This document shows, in pieces, positions 38,488 to 47,654 of a DNA stretch of 64,000 nt (position 1 is its first letter; every line of letters starts with the position of its first letter). The DNA lies in contig OZ245842.1 of NCBI GenBank assembly GCA_965228895.1, positions 4,640,001 through 4,704,000 of the forward strand, in the 5' to 3' direction. Made by a program: the position numbers and the translations under genes. Source of the DNA: Alphaproteobacteria bacterium. GTDB lineage: Bacteria > Pseudomonadota > Alphaproteobacteria > SP197. Under the pieces are notes generated by a model, which made no database searches, was not told the DNA's origin, and saw nothing but the letters and a program-made list of their open reading frames with translations.

Positions 38488-40283
38488 CGCTGATCGCCCT
38501 TAAAAAGGTAACCCTATGCGGCCTTCTGACCGAGAAGGCGGCCATCCTGGATCGCTTGCAGGATCTGGGTTGTCTGCATCTGGTCGCGCTGCGGCCGCCG
38601 CCTGCCGAACCGGAAAACGCGACCCCGCGAAGGGCCGAGGAATCATATCGGGCGCTTCGCTTTCTGATGGATATGCCGAACAAACGACGGCAAATTCCTC
38701 GAGATCCCAACTTTGATATTCGAGAAGTGACGCGCGCAGCGCTCGATATCAAGCAGCGTCTGCGCCACCTGTCCGACCGGCGCGACTTTCTGGAACAGCG
38801 CATCAAGGGTCTTGAACCGTGGGGTGATCTGTTTTTCCCGCCGCATGAGGCGTTGGCCCATTACCGCCTGTGGTTTTATGCCCTGCCGTCCGGAAAGGCG
38901 CGCCTGCTCAACGACCTCGATGTGCCGTGGCAGGTCGTGCACAGGGACCCGCGGCGCACCTATGTCGTGCTGATCGCCCGCGACGAGCCGCCAGACGATA
39001 TCTTGCCCGTTGCCCGCACCCATACCGGGGCGCTGCCGCTCAATGAGTTGCGGCTGCAACTGGACGAGTGCGAGAGCGAGATCGAATCCCTGACCGCTGA
39101 TCGCCTGGCGCTCACCCGGTACATCTACCTCATGAGCGTCAACATGGCCGAGGCCGAGGACGCGTCGGCGCGCGCCTTTGCCGGCGAACAAACGCTCGAT
39201 GGCGACGGCGTCGTCGCGGTGCAGGGCTGGGCGCCGGCGGACCGGTGCGGCGACGTGCGGGACTTCGCTGGTCAACATGACCTGGCGTGCCTGATTGAAG
39301 ACCCCGGCCCTGACGACGATCCGCCCACACTGCTGGACAATCCGCCGGCCTTGGCGGCAGGCACCGATCTTTCGCTGTTCTATCAGGTGCCGGGTTACCG
39401 CACCTGGGACCCCTCGATCATCCTGTTGTTTTCTTTTGCGCTGTTCTTCGGAATGATCGTCGCCGATGCCGGCTACGCCCTGGTCATGCTGCTGTTGCTT
39501 GGCATGTTCTGGAACAAACTTGGCCGCACGCCCACGGGCCAACGCTACCGGTCCTTCGGGCTTATCGTGCTTGGCGTGGCACTGTTCTACGGCATCCTTG
39601 CCGGCGGTTATTTCGGCATTGCGCTGCCGCCGGGATCGGTCCTCGACAGGATCGACCTCATCGACATGAACAACATCGAGACCATGATGAGGCTGTCGAT
39701 CATCATCGGCGCGCTCCACCTGATTCTTGCCAACGGCGTGCTTGCCTACAACAACCGCCGTCATCCAGCGGCGCTCGCCAAACTGGGCTGGATCGCCGTG
39801 ATCATCGGCGGGCTTGGACTGTGGCTGGCAGGCGGCGGGAGCTCGCTGGAACTCGCCGCTGGCGCCCTGTTGGGCGCCGGCCTGCTGACCATCTTTCTGT
39901 TCAGCAGCAAGCGACCCATCGACAAACCCCTCGACGTTGCACGCCGCGGCATCGACGGCCTGCTCGCCCTGACCAAGATAAGCAGCATGTTCGGCGACGT
40001 CCTGAGCTATATGCGCCTCTTTGCACTCGGTCTTTCGAGCACCTCTCTGGCGCTGACCTTCAATGACCTGGCCGTTCAGGTGCACGATGCCGTGCCCGGC
40101 ATCGGGCTTTTGTTCAGTCTGATGATCCTGCTGCTTGGTCACACGATGAACCTGGCGCTCGCGGTCATGAGCGGTGTGGTGCATGGGCTCAGGTTGAATT
40201 TCATGGAATTTTACAACTGGGGAATGCCGGAAGAGGGCCATACGTTCGAGGCCTTCGCCCGCACCAAGGTGAGTCATGAATGA
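38484..40283 (+). CDS. ntpI: V/A-type ATPase subunit I (a)
   Basis: PPTLLDN, FFGMIVADAGY, DVLSYMRLFALG (essential Arg), HGLRLNFMEF. Confidence 0.93.
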   Translation: MTLIALKKVTLCGLLTEKAAILDRLQDLGCLHLVALRPPPAEPENATPRRAEESYRALRFLMDMPNKRRQIPRDPNFDIREVTRAALDIKQRLRHLSDRRDFLEQRIKGLEPWGDLFFPPHEALAHYRLWFYALPSGKARLLNDLDVPWQVVHRDPRRTYVVLIARDEPPDDILPVARTHTGALPLNELRLQLDECESEIESLTADRLALTRYIYLMSVNMAEAEDASARAFAGEQTLDGDGVVAVQGWAPADRCGDVRDFAGQHDLACLIEDPGPDDDPPTLLDNPPALAAGTDLSLFYQVPGYRTWDPSIILLFSFALFFGMIVADAGYALVMLLLLGMFWNKLGRTPTGQRYRSFGLIVLGVALFYGILAGGYFGIALPPGSVLDRIDLIDMNNIETMMRLSIIIGALHLILANGVLAYNNRRHPAALAKLGWIAVIIGGLGLWLAGGGSSLELAAGALLGAGLLTIFLFSSKRPIDKPLDVARRGIDGLLALTKISSMFGDVLSYMRLFALGLSSTSLALTFNDLAVQVHDAVPGIGLLFSLMILLLGHTMNLALAVMSGVVHGLRLNFMEFYNWGMPEEGHTFEAFARTKVSHE

Positions 40284-40731
40284 AGTCATCATCGCGCTGG
40301 GATGGTTCGGTATCTACGGCCCCATGGCGCTTGGCGCGATCGGCAGCATCATAGGCTGTGCCATCGCCGGCCAGGCCGCGATCGGCGCGATGCTGGAAAC
40401 CGAAAGCGGCTATGGCCGGTACGTCGGCGTATCCGCCATGCCGTCATCGCAGATCATTTACGGTATCGTCATCATGTTCACGTTGAACCGCGATGTCACG
40501 GTGGACGCTTCCGGCGGCCTCTTCGCGGTCGGCATCCTTGCCGGCGTCGCGTTGATGTTTAGTGGAATCAAGCAGGGCCAGTGCTGCGCGTCGGCGATCA
40601 ACGCGACCAAGGAGAAGCCGGAGATTTTCGGCCTGTCGCTGGCACCGGCGGCGATCGTGGAAGGCTTCGCCGTCTTTGCGTTCATCTTCGCACTCGTGAT
40701 CAGCGCGGGTATCCCAGGGGCCGGCGGATGA
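40276..40731 (+). CDS. ntpK: V/A-type ATPase subunit K (4-TM proteolipid)
   Basis: Four hydrophobic helices; PSSQIIYG, FSGIKQG, IVEGFAV. Confidence 0.92.
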   Translation: MNEVIIALGWFGIYGPMALGAIGSIIGCAIAGQAAIGAMLETESGYGRYVGVSAMPSSQIIYGIVIMFTLNRDVTVDASGGLFAVGILAGVALMFSGIKQGQCCASAINATKEKPEIFGLSLAPAAIVEGFAVFAFIFALVISAGIPGAGG

Positions 40732-41420
40732 GCAACAACCATCGACAGGAGATCATTTCGTCCGGCGTGGATTCGCTCATCAAGCGGTTGCGCGAGGAAG
40801 GTACGTCGGCCGGCAAGCAGGAAGCCGAGAAGATCGTCGCGGCGGCTGAAGCGAAAGCGCAAGCCATTCTTGAGAAAGCCAACGCCGAGGCGCGCGCTAC
40901 CGTCGTGGCTGCCCGCAAGGAAGCCGATGAGCTGAAGAACGCCGGCGCGGACGCCCTGAAGGTCGCCATGCGCGACACGGTTCTGGATATGAAGATGACG
41001 CTGATGCAGCGCTTCAGCAGCGACGTGGAACGCCTGGTTTCGCGTCATCTCCAGGACAAGGATGTCTTGAGGCAAATGGTGATCGAGGTTGCCGGACGCG
41101 TCGCCGACGACGCCAACCTGAGCGAAGGCGAAGCAATCGACATTGTCCTTCCCGAGCACGTTGTTGGGTTGGATGAGCTTCGCCAGGATTCCGAGGAGCT
41201 GGAACACGGCAAGCTGACGGACCTGGCGCTTGGGCTGACAGTCGACCTGCTGCGCGATGGCGTAACGTTTTCGGTCGTCGACGATGCGCAGTCGGGCCTG
41301 CGTGTCCGTCTTGTTGGCAATGACATCACACTGGACTTGACCGACAAGGCGGTCGCGAACCTCTTGCTGCAACATCTGCAACCGCGCTTCCGGCTCATCC
41401 TCGATGGCGTCGTCAAGTGA
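40728..41420 (+). CDS. ntpE: V/A-type ATPase subunit E
   Basis: LIKRLREEG followed by an Ala/Glu/Lys coiled coil, C-terminal LQPRF; ATGA overlap with K. Confidence 0.82.
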   Translation: MSNNHRQEIISSGVDSLIKRLREEGTSAGKQEAEKIVAAAEAKAQAILEKANAEARATVVAARKEADELKNAGADALKVAMRDTVLDMKMTLMQRFSSDVERLVSRHLQDKDVLRQMVIEVAGRVADDANLSEGEAIDIVLPEHVVGLDELRQDSEELEHGKLTDLALGLTVDLLRDGVTFSVVDDAQSGLRVRLVGNDITLDLTDKAVANLLLQHLQPRFRLILDGVVK

Positions 41421-41438
41421 TGTGGGATTAGCGCAAGA

Positions 41439-42134
41439 ATGGCCGACGCCTATCTCTATGTCATGTTGATCTCGAGCTTGCCGCAGCCGATTTCGTTGTT
41501 CGGCGCCAAGCAAACGCCGATCTCACGGATCAAGCTGGAGCGCAGATTGCGCATGCTGACGCCTGAAGATGCGGCGACCTTGGCCATCATCGTGGACGCC
41601 GTTGCGTGGTACCGCCTGCCCATGAGTTTGTCCGAAGAAGAGACGCTAGAGCGCGGTCGTCACGCGATGGCGGAGGTCGAGCATGAAACATTGCGCAACA
41701 TCATTCGCGACCGTCTGGAGTTGCGGACATGCGTCGCGGCCCTGCGTCGCCGTCACAAGGGCGAGCCGGCGCCCGCACCGAATCCGCCCTGGGGCTACGG
41801 CCGTTGGACCCGGCGTATCGCGGCGAACTGGGGAGAGCCTGGATTTCGCGTCGAGGGGGCTTTCCCTTGGATCCGCGAAGCCGACCAACTGCTCAAGGCT
41901 GGCGATTCGCTCGGTCTTGAACGTCTTCTGATGCGTCAGGTCTGGACAAAGCTCAACCGCTACCGCGCACTTCACTTGTTCGACTTCGAGGCGGTCGTGA
42001 TCTATGCGCTGCGCTGGCACATCATCGACCGATGGACACACTATGACGGCGCCGTCGCCGGCGAACGCTTTGACCGGCTTGTCGACGCTGCCCTGGGTGC
42101 GCAGGCGGTGCTACCATGGGACAGGACGGTATGA
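41439..42134 (+). CDS. DUF2764-like protein (putative V-ATPase subunit C equivalent)
   Basis: YVMLISSLP N-terminus and FDFEAVVIYALRWHIIDRW C-terminus; position between E and A as in Chlamydiae/Bacteroidota-type operons. Confidence 0.75.
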   Translation: MADAYLYVMLISSLPQPISLFGAKQTPISRIKLERRLRMLTPEDAATLAIIVDAVAWYRLPMSLSEEETLERGRHAMAEVEHETLRNIIRDRLELRTCVAALRRRHKGEPAPAPNPPWGYGRWTRRIAANWGEPGFRVEGAFPWIREADQLLKAGDSLGLERLLMRQVWTKLNRYRALHLFDFEAVVIYALRWHIIDRWTHYDGAVAGERFDRLVDAALGAQAVLPWDRTV

Positions 42135-44029
42135 CGGACCGCCGGGATAACGCTCCCGTATCCCGATCCCCGGCGGACGACAGTCCGCACGGTGGCGCCA
42201 TCAACGCGAGCGCGCGTGTTATCAACGTGCAAGACGACCTCGTGACAATCGAGGCCCTGCAACAAGACGACGGCTCCTTCTCCCGGCTGGTCAAGAACGA
42301 GGTCATTTTTATCTGCCCGACCAGGCTCAATGCCGAGGGCGAGCAGGAGCGTCTGGAGGCGGAGATCCTACGGGTTCACGGCCGAACGGCCGACGCCCAG
42401 GTCTACGAGAGCACGGATGGCGTCGGCGCCGGCGATCCCGTTGAGCAGAGCGGCCTGTTGCTTTCCGTCACACTGGCGCCGGGCCTTCTGGGCCAGGTCT
42501 ATGACGGTCTTCAAAACCCGCTGAAGAACCTTGCCGATCAGCACGGCGTTTTTCTACCGCGCGGCGTTCAGCTTGCCGCCGTCGATCAGGAGAAGAAATG
42601 GCCCTTCTCACCGGTCGCGCGCCCGGGTGACAAAGTAAGGGCCGGCGATGTCTTGGGGACCGTGCCCGAAGGCCGCTACGTCCACAAGATCATGGTCCCC
42701 TTCGACTGGCCGGGCGTTTACGACGTGAGCTGGATCCAGGAGGAGAACGTCAACGTGAACCAGACGGTCGTGCGTCTGCGCGATGATGCCGGTCACGAAC
42801 GGGACGTGTCGCTCAGCCAGCGCTGGCCGGTGCGCCGATCCATCGATTCCTCGCTGGTACGCCAGGGCGCATCACACCGTCTGTTTCCCGATGAACCCTT
42901 GATCACGACGCAACGGCTGATCGATACGTTTTTTCCCATCGCGCGCGGCGGCACCGCATGCATTCCCGGGCCGTTCGGCGCCGGCAAGACCGTGCTGCAG
43001 AACCTGATTTCGCGCTACTCAGCGGTCGACATCGTGATCGTCGTCGCCTGCGGTGAACGGGCCGGCGAGGTGGTGGAGACGATCACCGAATTCCCGCGGC
43101 TGAACGACCCCCAGACCGGCGGTGCGCTGATGGACCGCACCGTCATCATCTGCAACACGTCGTCCATGCCGGTCGCCGCGCGCGAGGCGTCGATCTATAC
43201 CGGGCTGACGCTGGGCGAGTACTACCGGCAGATGGGCTACGACGTGTTGCTGATCGCCGATTCAACATCGCGCTGGGCGCAGGCAATGCGCGAGACGTCC
43301 GGGCGTCTGGAAGAGATCCCGGGCGAAGAGGCCTTTCCGGCTTATCTCGATTCGTCGATCAAGTCGGTCTACGAGCGTGCCGGTGTCATGCAGACGAACG
43401 ACGGATCGGTCGGCAGCCTGACCATGATCGGCACGGTGTCGCCGGCCGGCGGCAATTTCGACGAACCGGTAACCCAGTCAACCCTTGCGACGGTCAAGGC
43501 CTTCTTAGGCCTGTCGGCCGAGCGTGCCTATAAACGGTTCTATCCCGCCGTTGACCCCCTGCTCTCCTGGTCGCGCTATCTCGACCAGATGGCGGACTGG
43601 TATCACGACAACCTGGGCACCGAGTGGATCGCGTCGGTCAAGGACATGCAGGCCCTGCTTCATACCGGCGATTCGATCCTTCAGATGATGCAGGTCACAG
43701 GCGAGGAAGGCATCACGTTGGAGGACTTTGTCACCTACGAGAAGGCGTTGTTTGTCGACATGGTCTATCTGCAGCAGGATGCGTTCGACGACGTCGACGC
43801 ATCGGCTTCCCTTGACCGGCAGAAAACCACATTCGCCAAGATCCGCGAAATTGTGAAGCAGGACTACGCCTTCACGGACAAGCATGACGTGCGCGACCAC
43901 TTCACGCGGCTGACGGGGCTGTTCAAGAACTTCAACTACGCCAGCAGCGATTCGCCCGACTACGACTCACTGCTCAAGCAGATCGATGCGTTGACCGCGG
44001 CAAAGCGTGCCGTTGCATCGACCGGTTGA
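42131..44029 (+). CDS. ntpA: V/A-type ATPase subunit A (catalytic)
   Basis: GPFGAGKT Walker [39 protein letters not shown]. Confidence 0.96.
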   Translation: MTDRRDNAPVSRSPADDSPHGGAINASARVINVQDDLVTIEALQQDDGSFSRLVKNEVIFICPTRLNAEGEQERLEAEILRVHGRTADAQVYESTDGVGAGDPVEQSGLLLSVTLAPGLLGQVYDGLQNPLKNLADQHGVFLPRGVQLAAVDQEKKWPFSPVARPGDKVRAGDVLGTVPEGRYVHKIMVPFDWPGVYDVSWIQEENVNVNQTVVRLRDDAGHERDVSLSQRWPVRRSIDSSLVRQGASHRLFPDEPLITTQRLIDTFFPIARGGTACIPGPFGAGKTVLQNLISRYSAVDIVIVVACGERAGEVVETITEFPRLNDPQTGGALMDRTVIICNTSSMPVAAREASIYTGLTLGEYYRQMGYDVLLIADSTSRWAQAMRETSGRLEEIPGEEAFPAYLDSSIKSVYERAGVMQTNDGSVGSLTMIGTVSPAGGNFDEPVTQSTLATVKAFLGLSAERAYKRFYPAVDPLLSWSRYLDQMADWYHDNLGTEWIASVKDMQALLHTGDSILQMMQVTGEEGITLEDFVTYEKALFVDMVYLQQDAFDDVDASASLDRQKTTFAKIREIVKQDYAFTDKHDVRDHFTRLTGLFKNFNYASSDSPDYDSLLKQIDALTAAKRAVASTG

Positions 44030-44055
44030 GGCGATCTGGGGCCAGCTGCCCTAAC

Positions 44056-44222
44056 AAAAAAGGGGCCAGCGCTAGAGCGGATCATGGTTGGATGGAACCG
44101 CTTGACGGTCCCATCCAACCATGTGAATCCGCTCTTTATCGATGAGTAGAGCAGATTCACCCGTCTTGATGTCATCGCGAAGCGATTCCATCAAGACAGG
44201 ATCTGCTCTACCGCTGGCCCCT
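44056..44222 (-). terminator. Intrinsic terminator interrupted by a repeat insertion
   Basis: Arms AGGGGCCAGCG (44061-44071) and CGCTGGCCCCT (44212-44222) with an A6 tract at 44056-44061 (U-tract on the minus strand), downstream of the minus-strand SBP gene. Confidence 0.7.
44073..44210. mobile_element. TA-flanked MITE-like repeat family B, copy 1 (138 bp)
   Basis: TAGAGCGGATC...GATCTGCTCTA terminal inverted repeats, two internal hairpins, near-identical to 45780-45917. Confidence 0.82.
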
Positions 44223-44248
44223 GTTTCGTTGCGGCATCTCAACCGAAC

Positions 44249-45415
44249 TTAGAAACCGGCTTTGATCTCGTCGAACATGTTGATGTACTTCTCGCGCACA
44301 TCCGGTTCGATCTCACCGAAGAATCGGCTGTTGGCCATCATGGTCTCGGGGTCGGTGATGCCGAGATCCTCGAGCGTAGCCGGATCGACCAGGGCGAAGG
44401 TCTCTTTGTTCGAATGGCCGTAGCCGTACATTTCGACCAGGTTCTTGCCGGATTCCGGTGAAATCCAGGCGTCGATGAACTCGTAGGCCTTGGCTTCGTC
44501 GCCGGGACCTTCGACCCCCAGCGTCAGACCGCAGACCCACGTCCAGATGCCCTCCTTCGGGTTCATGTAGACGACGTCGACGCCCTGGTTCTTGAGCTCC
44601 ACCACCGCGCTGTTCCAGGCATAGGAAGCGACCAGTTCACCGGATGCCAGGCCCTGCTCGACACTGGTCTGATCGGTCCAATAATAGCGCAGGATCTCAC
44701 GCTGTTTCTTCAGCAGCACCTGTGCCTCGGCCAGCTCCTCTTCCGTCATGTCGAAAACGTTCTCGGCGCCGATGACCGAACCGACCACCGCCATAACGCC
44801 GTCGACGGAGTCGAAGATCCCGAGACGCCCGGCATACTTCTCGTCGAACAGGATGGCCCAGGACTCGTTCTTTTGGTCTGGCGTATCGACATACTCGGGC
44901 GCCAGATCGGGCCGGAACAGCACCGAGGAATTGCCCCAGTCGGCGGGGATGAAGTAGGTTTTGCCATCCTCGCCGATGCTGCCCGGCAGATCCTTCAAAC
45001 TTGGGAACACGTTGCCGAAGTTCGACAGCCGGCTGGTATCGATCGGCCGGATGACTCCGGCATCGCGCCAGCGTCGGGTGCTGTAGGTGCAGGGGTGTGC
45101 AACATCCGGATAGAATCCGGCACGCAGTTTCTGCAACGCTTCTTCTTCTTCGCCGAACAGCGTGTAAGCGGGGGTTGCACCATACTTTTCGACGAAGGGC
45201 ACGTAGAACTCCGGCAGCTCGTAACCACCCCAATCGAACACGTGCAGGGACTCGTCGATCGGCAACGAGTCCTGGGCGCGTACGCCACCCGGCCCAAATG
45301 TCATCGTCATCATGCCGACGCCGGCGGCGGCCAGCGCGCCGGTCGCCTGTCGCCGCGTCAGATCGCAGTTGTCGATGCGCGACCGAAACTCTTGAATGTC
45401 CATGGACTTCACCAC
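44249..45415 (-). CDS. PotD/PotF-family ABC substrate-binding protein with Tat-like signal
   Basis: LTRRQ twin-Arg leader, FDWGGY, PADWG, YAWN, PKEG, DAWISPE. Confidence 0.88.
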   Translation of the reverse strand: MVKSMDIQEFRSRIDNCDLTRRQATGALAAAGVGMMTMTFGPGGVRAQDSLPIDESLHVFDWGGYELPEFYVPFVEKYGATPAYTLFGEEEEALQKLRAGFYPDVAHPCTYSTRRWRDAGVIRPIDTSRLSNFGNVFPSLKDLPGSIGEDGKTYFIPADWGNSSVLFRPDLAPEYVDTPDQKNESWAILFDEKYAGRLGIFDSVDGVMAVVGSVIGAENVFDMTEEELAEAQVLLKKQREILRYYWTDQTSVEQGLASGELVASYAWNSAVVELKNQGVDVVYMNPKEGIWTWVCGLTLGVEGPGDEAKAYEFIDAWISPESGKNLVEMYGYGHSNKETFALVDPATLEDLGITDPETMMANSRFFGEIEPDVREKYINMFDEIKAGF

Positions 45416-45594
45416 GATACCGTCCTCCCTCTAGGTTCGCCATTCAGCCTAGACCAGACAGCCAAGTTGAATCCACGCACTGGCCCTGCACGTTTGACGT
45501 TAAGATTTGTCACCATAAAGGAGGTTCGGGATGAGGAGGGGTCGGCAGAAACCGACGTGGAGGCCGCCGCGCCCACATCGCGCTGTAAAGAAAA

Positions 45595-45681
45595 TGGTGC
45601 CCCCAGGGAGACTCGAACTCCCACGTCCTTGCGGACAACAGATTTTGAGTCTGCCGCGTCTACCAATTCCGCCACAGGGGC
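45595..45681 (-). tRNA. tRNA-Leu (CAA)
   Basis: GCCCCTG acceptor stem, GGAATTGGTAGAC D-arm, anticodon arm GCAGA-CTCAAAA-TCTGT, long variable arm, GTTCGAGTC, encoded CCA; 87 nt. Confidence 0.97.
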
Positions 45682-45779
45682 CCCGAAATCAGGGCGGCGA
45701 GCATACGCGCGCGCTGGCCGCGGTCAAGAGCCGTGGAGAGGTCTATCAGATAGTCTTGGACGGGTGGCGCAAGGGGTCC

Positions 45780-45917
45780 TAGAGCGGATCATGGTTAGAT
45801 GGGACCGCTTGACGGTTCCATCTAACCATGTGAATCCGCTCTTTATCTATGAGTAGAGCAGATTCACCTGTCTTGATGTCATCGCGAAGCGATTCCATCA
45901 AAACAGGATCTGCTCTA
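45780..45917. mobile_element. TA-flanked MITE-like repeat family B, copy 2 (138 bp)
   Basis: CTAGAGCGGATC...GATCTGCTCTAG; same length and orientation as copy 1, with a compensatory G-C/A-T change in the first hairpin. Confidence 0.82.
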
Positions 45918-45945
45918 GCCTCCCCTCGCAAAGGGGAGGAACAAC

Positions 45946-46809
45946 ATGTCAGACATTTCCGTTATAGGGCTTGGCAAGATGGGGGCGGCACTCGCCGCCA
46001 CGCTGTTGGAAAGCGGCCGGTCGGTGACCGTTTGGAACCGCTCACCGGATAAGGCCGCCGCTCTCGTCGAGGCCGGCGCATCGCTTGCCTCGTCACCGGA
46101 AGACGCGATCGCGGCGAGCGACGCGACCATTGTCTGTATCAAGACCCACAAGACGACAACCGACCTGCTGAAACCTCTCTCCGGTCATCTGAATGGCAAG
46201 ACGATCCTGGATCTGTCGACCGGCGGCGCGGAAGAAGCCATTGAACTGGTCGACACGCTGACGGCCGCAGGCGCCACATGGCATATCGGCATGATCAACG
46301 CCTATCCCTCCGGCATCGGCAAGGAAGAGACGGCCATTCTGTGCGCCGGCCCGCCTGAGGTGTGGGACCGCTGGGGCGATGCCATCCGCGTGCTCGGCGG
46401 CGCGTCTGCTCATGTCGGCACAGAGGCAGCCGCGGTGCCCGGCCTCTTCGCCGCTATGTTCACCGCGCGCCAGGGGTTCATGTTCGGGCTTATTTACGGC
46501 GGCGCGGTCTGCCGCAAGGCCGGCCTGCCGATGGAGGCGTTTGCCGCGCAGGTGCCGGTGACCCTTGGCATGGCCGGGAACTATGCCGACCTCTTCATGC
46601 GTACCGCACCCACCCGCGACTACGACGATCCCGGCGCGACGGTCGCGGTCTACCTCGCCGCGCTCAATGACGTCCTCGCAACGTTCGAAGGGACCGGCAC
46701 GACCGACGCCTTTCCACGCCTGATGCGCGATCTCGCCCAGCGCGGTGTCGACGAAGGTTATGAAGCCAAGGAACTGACCGCCCTGGTCGAGATGCTGGCG
46801 AACGACTAG
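45946..46809 (+). CDS. NAD(P)-dependent oxidoreductase, imine reductase (IRED)-like
   Basis: GLGKMGAALAATLLESGRSVTVWNRSPDK; lacks the catalytic Lys of beta-hydroxyacid dehydrogenases. Confidence 0.78.
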   Translation: MSDISVIGLGKMGAALAATLLESGRSVTVWNRSPDKAAALVEAGASLASSPEDAIAASDATIVCIKTHKTTTDLLKPLSGHLNGKTILDLSTGGAEEAIELVDTLTAAGATWHIGMINAYPSGIGKEETAILCAGPPEVWDRWGDAIRVLGGASAHVGTEAAAVPGLFAAMFTARQGFMFGLIYGGAVCRKAGLPMEAFAAQVPVTLGMAGNYADLFMRTAPTRDYDDPGATVAVYLAALNDVLATFEGTGTTDAFPRLMRDLAQRGVDEGYEAKELTALVEMLAND

Positions 46810-46813
46810 CGGC

Positions 46814-47605
46814 TTACCAGCTATTTCTGAGCTCACGCAGCTTCAGAAACACGGTCTTCGCGTCCGGCTCGTCGGGCAGGTCCGGGAACGCCTCGCGCAG
46901 GCGGGCGATGACGCTCGGACTGTGCAGGCGGAAGAAGGTGTTGACCTCCTTTTCCATCGCCATGGTCGAGACCAGGGCCGCGTCGGGGTCCTGATCGGCG
47001 ACACCCTTCAGGACCTCGGCGGCACGCGCGTTGTCGGGCTCGCGGTCCAGCGTGAACTCCAGATTGTTCGCGATGTAGTCGTGGCCGGGATAGATCAGCG
47101 TTGAATCCGGCAGCTTGGCCAGCTGGCCCGCGAACGTATCGTAGAGCTCCTCGGGATGGCCGCCATGGTGGCAGTTGCCGGCGCCGGCGTTGAACAACGT
47201 GTCGCCGCAGAACAGCGCCGGCTGGTCGGTGCGCGACAACAGGCACACATGGCTCATGGTGTGGCCCGGCGTATCCAGCGCCTCGAGCTCGACGGTCTTG
47301 CCGATCTTGACGACGTCGCCGGCGTTCAAGCCCACGTCGATACCGTCGATGCGGCCTTTGGCGTTGGCGTGCGCCAGGAGCTTGGCGCCGGTCGCCGCGA
47401 TCATCGCCTTGTTGCCGCCGGTGTGGTCTTCGTGCTCGTGGGTATTGAGGATCTGGGTGATCGTCCAGCCTTTGTCCTTGGCGCGCGCCAGACACTTCTT
47501 GTGGTCCAGCGGATCGACCGCCAGCGCCTCGCCGGTCTCCGGGCAGGCGATCAGGTAGTTGAAGTTGCGATAGGCATTGCCTGTCCAGACCTGGTCAACA
47601 ATCAC
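46814..47605 (-). CDS. gloB: Hydroxyacylglutathione hydrolase (glyoxalase II)
   Basis: NFNYLI, THEHEDHTGG, TPGHT, CGDTLF, GHDY, NTFFR, LRELRNSW. Confidence 0.88.
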   Translation of the reverse strand: MIVDQVWTGNAYRNFNYLIACPETGEALAVDPLDHKKCLARAKDKGWTITQILNTHEHEDHTGGNKAMIAATGAKLLAHANAKGRIDGIDVGLNAGDVVKIGKTVELEALDTPGHTMSHVCLLSRTDQPALFCGDTLFNAGAGNCHHGGHPEELYDTFAGQLAKLPDSTLIYPGHDYIANNLEFTLDREPDNARAAEVLKGVADQDPDAALVSTMAMEKEVNTFFRLHSPSVIARLREAFPDLPDEPDAKTVFLKLRELRNSW

Positions 47606-47654
47606 GGCTCATGTCCTCATGTTGGGGTTCGAACCAGCTTAGCACCGCATGCCC

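Noticed and set aside
36114-45594. V-ATPase region as a tRNA-Leu-integrated island
   Set aside because: No integrase, and I found no duplicated tRNA 3' end (att site) by eye
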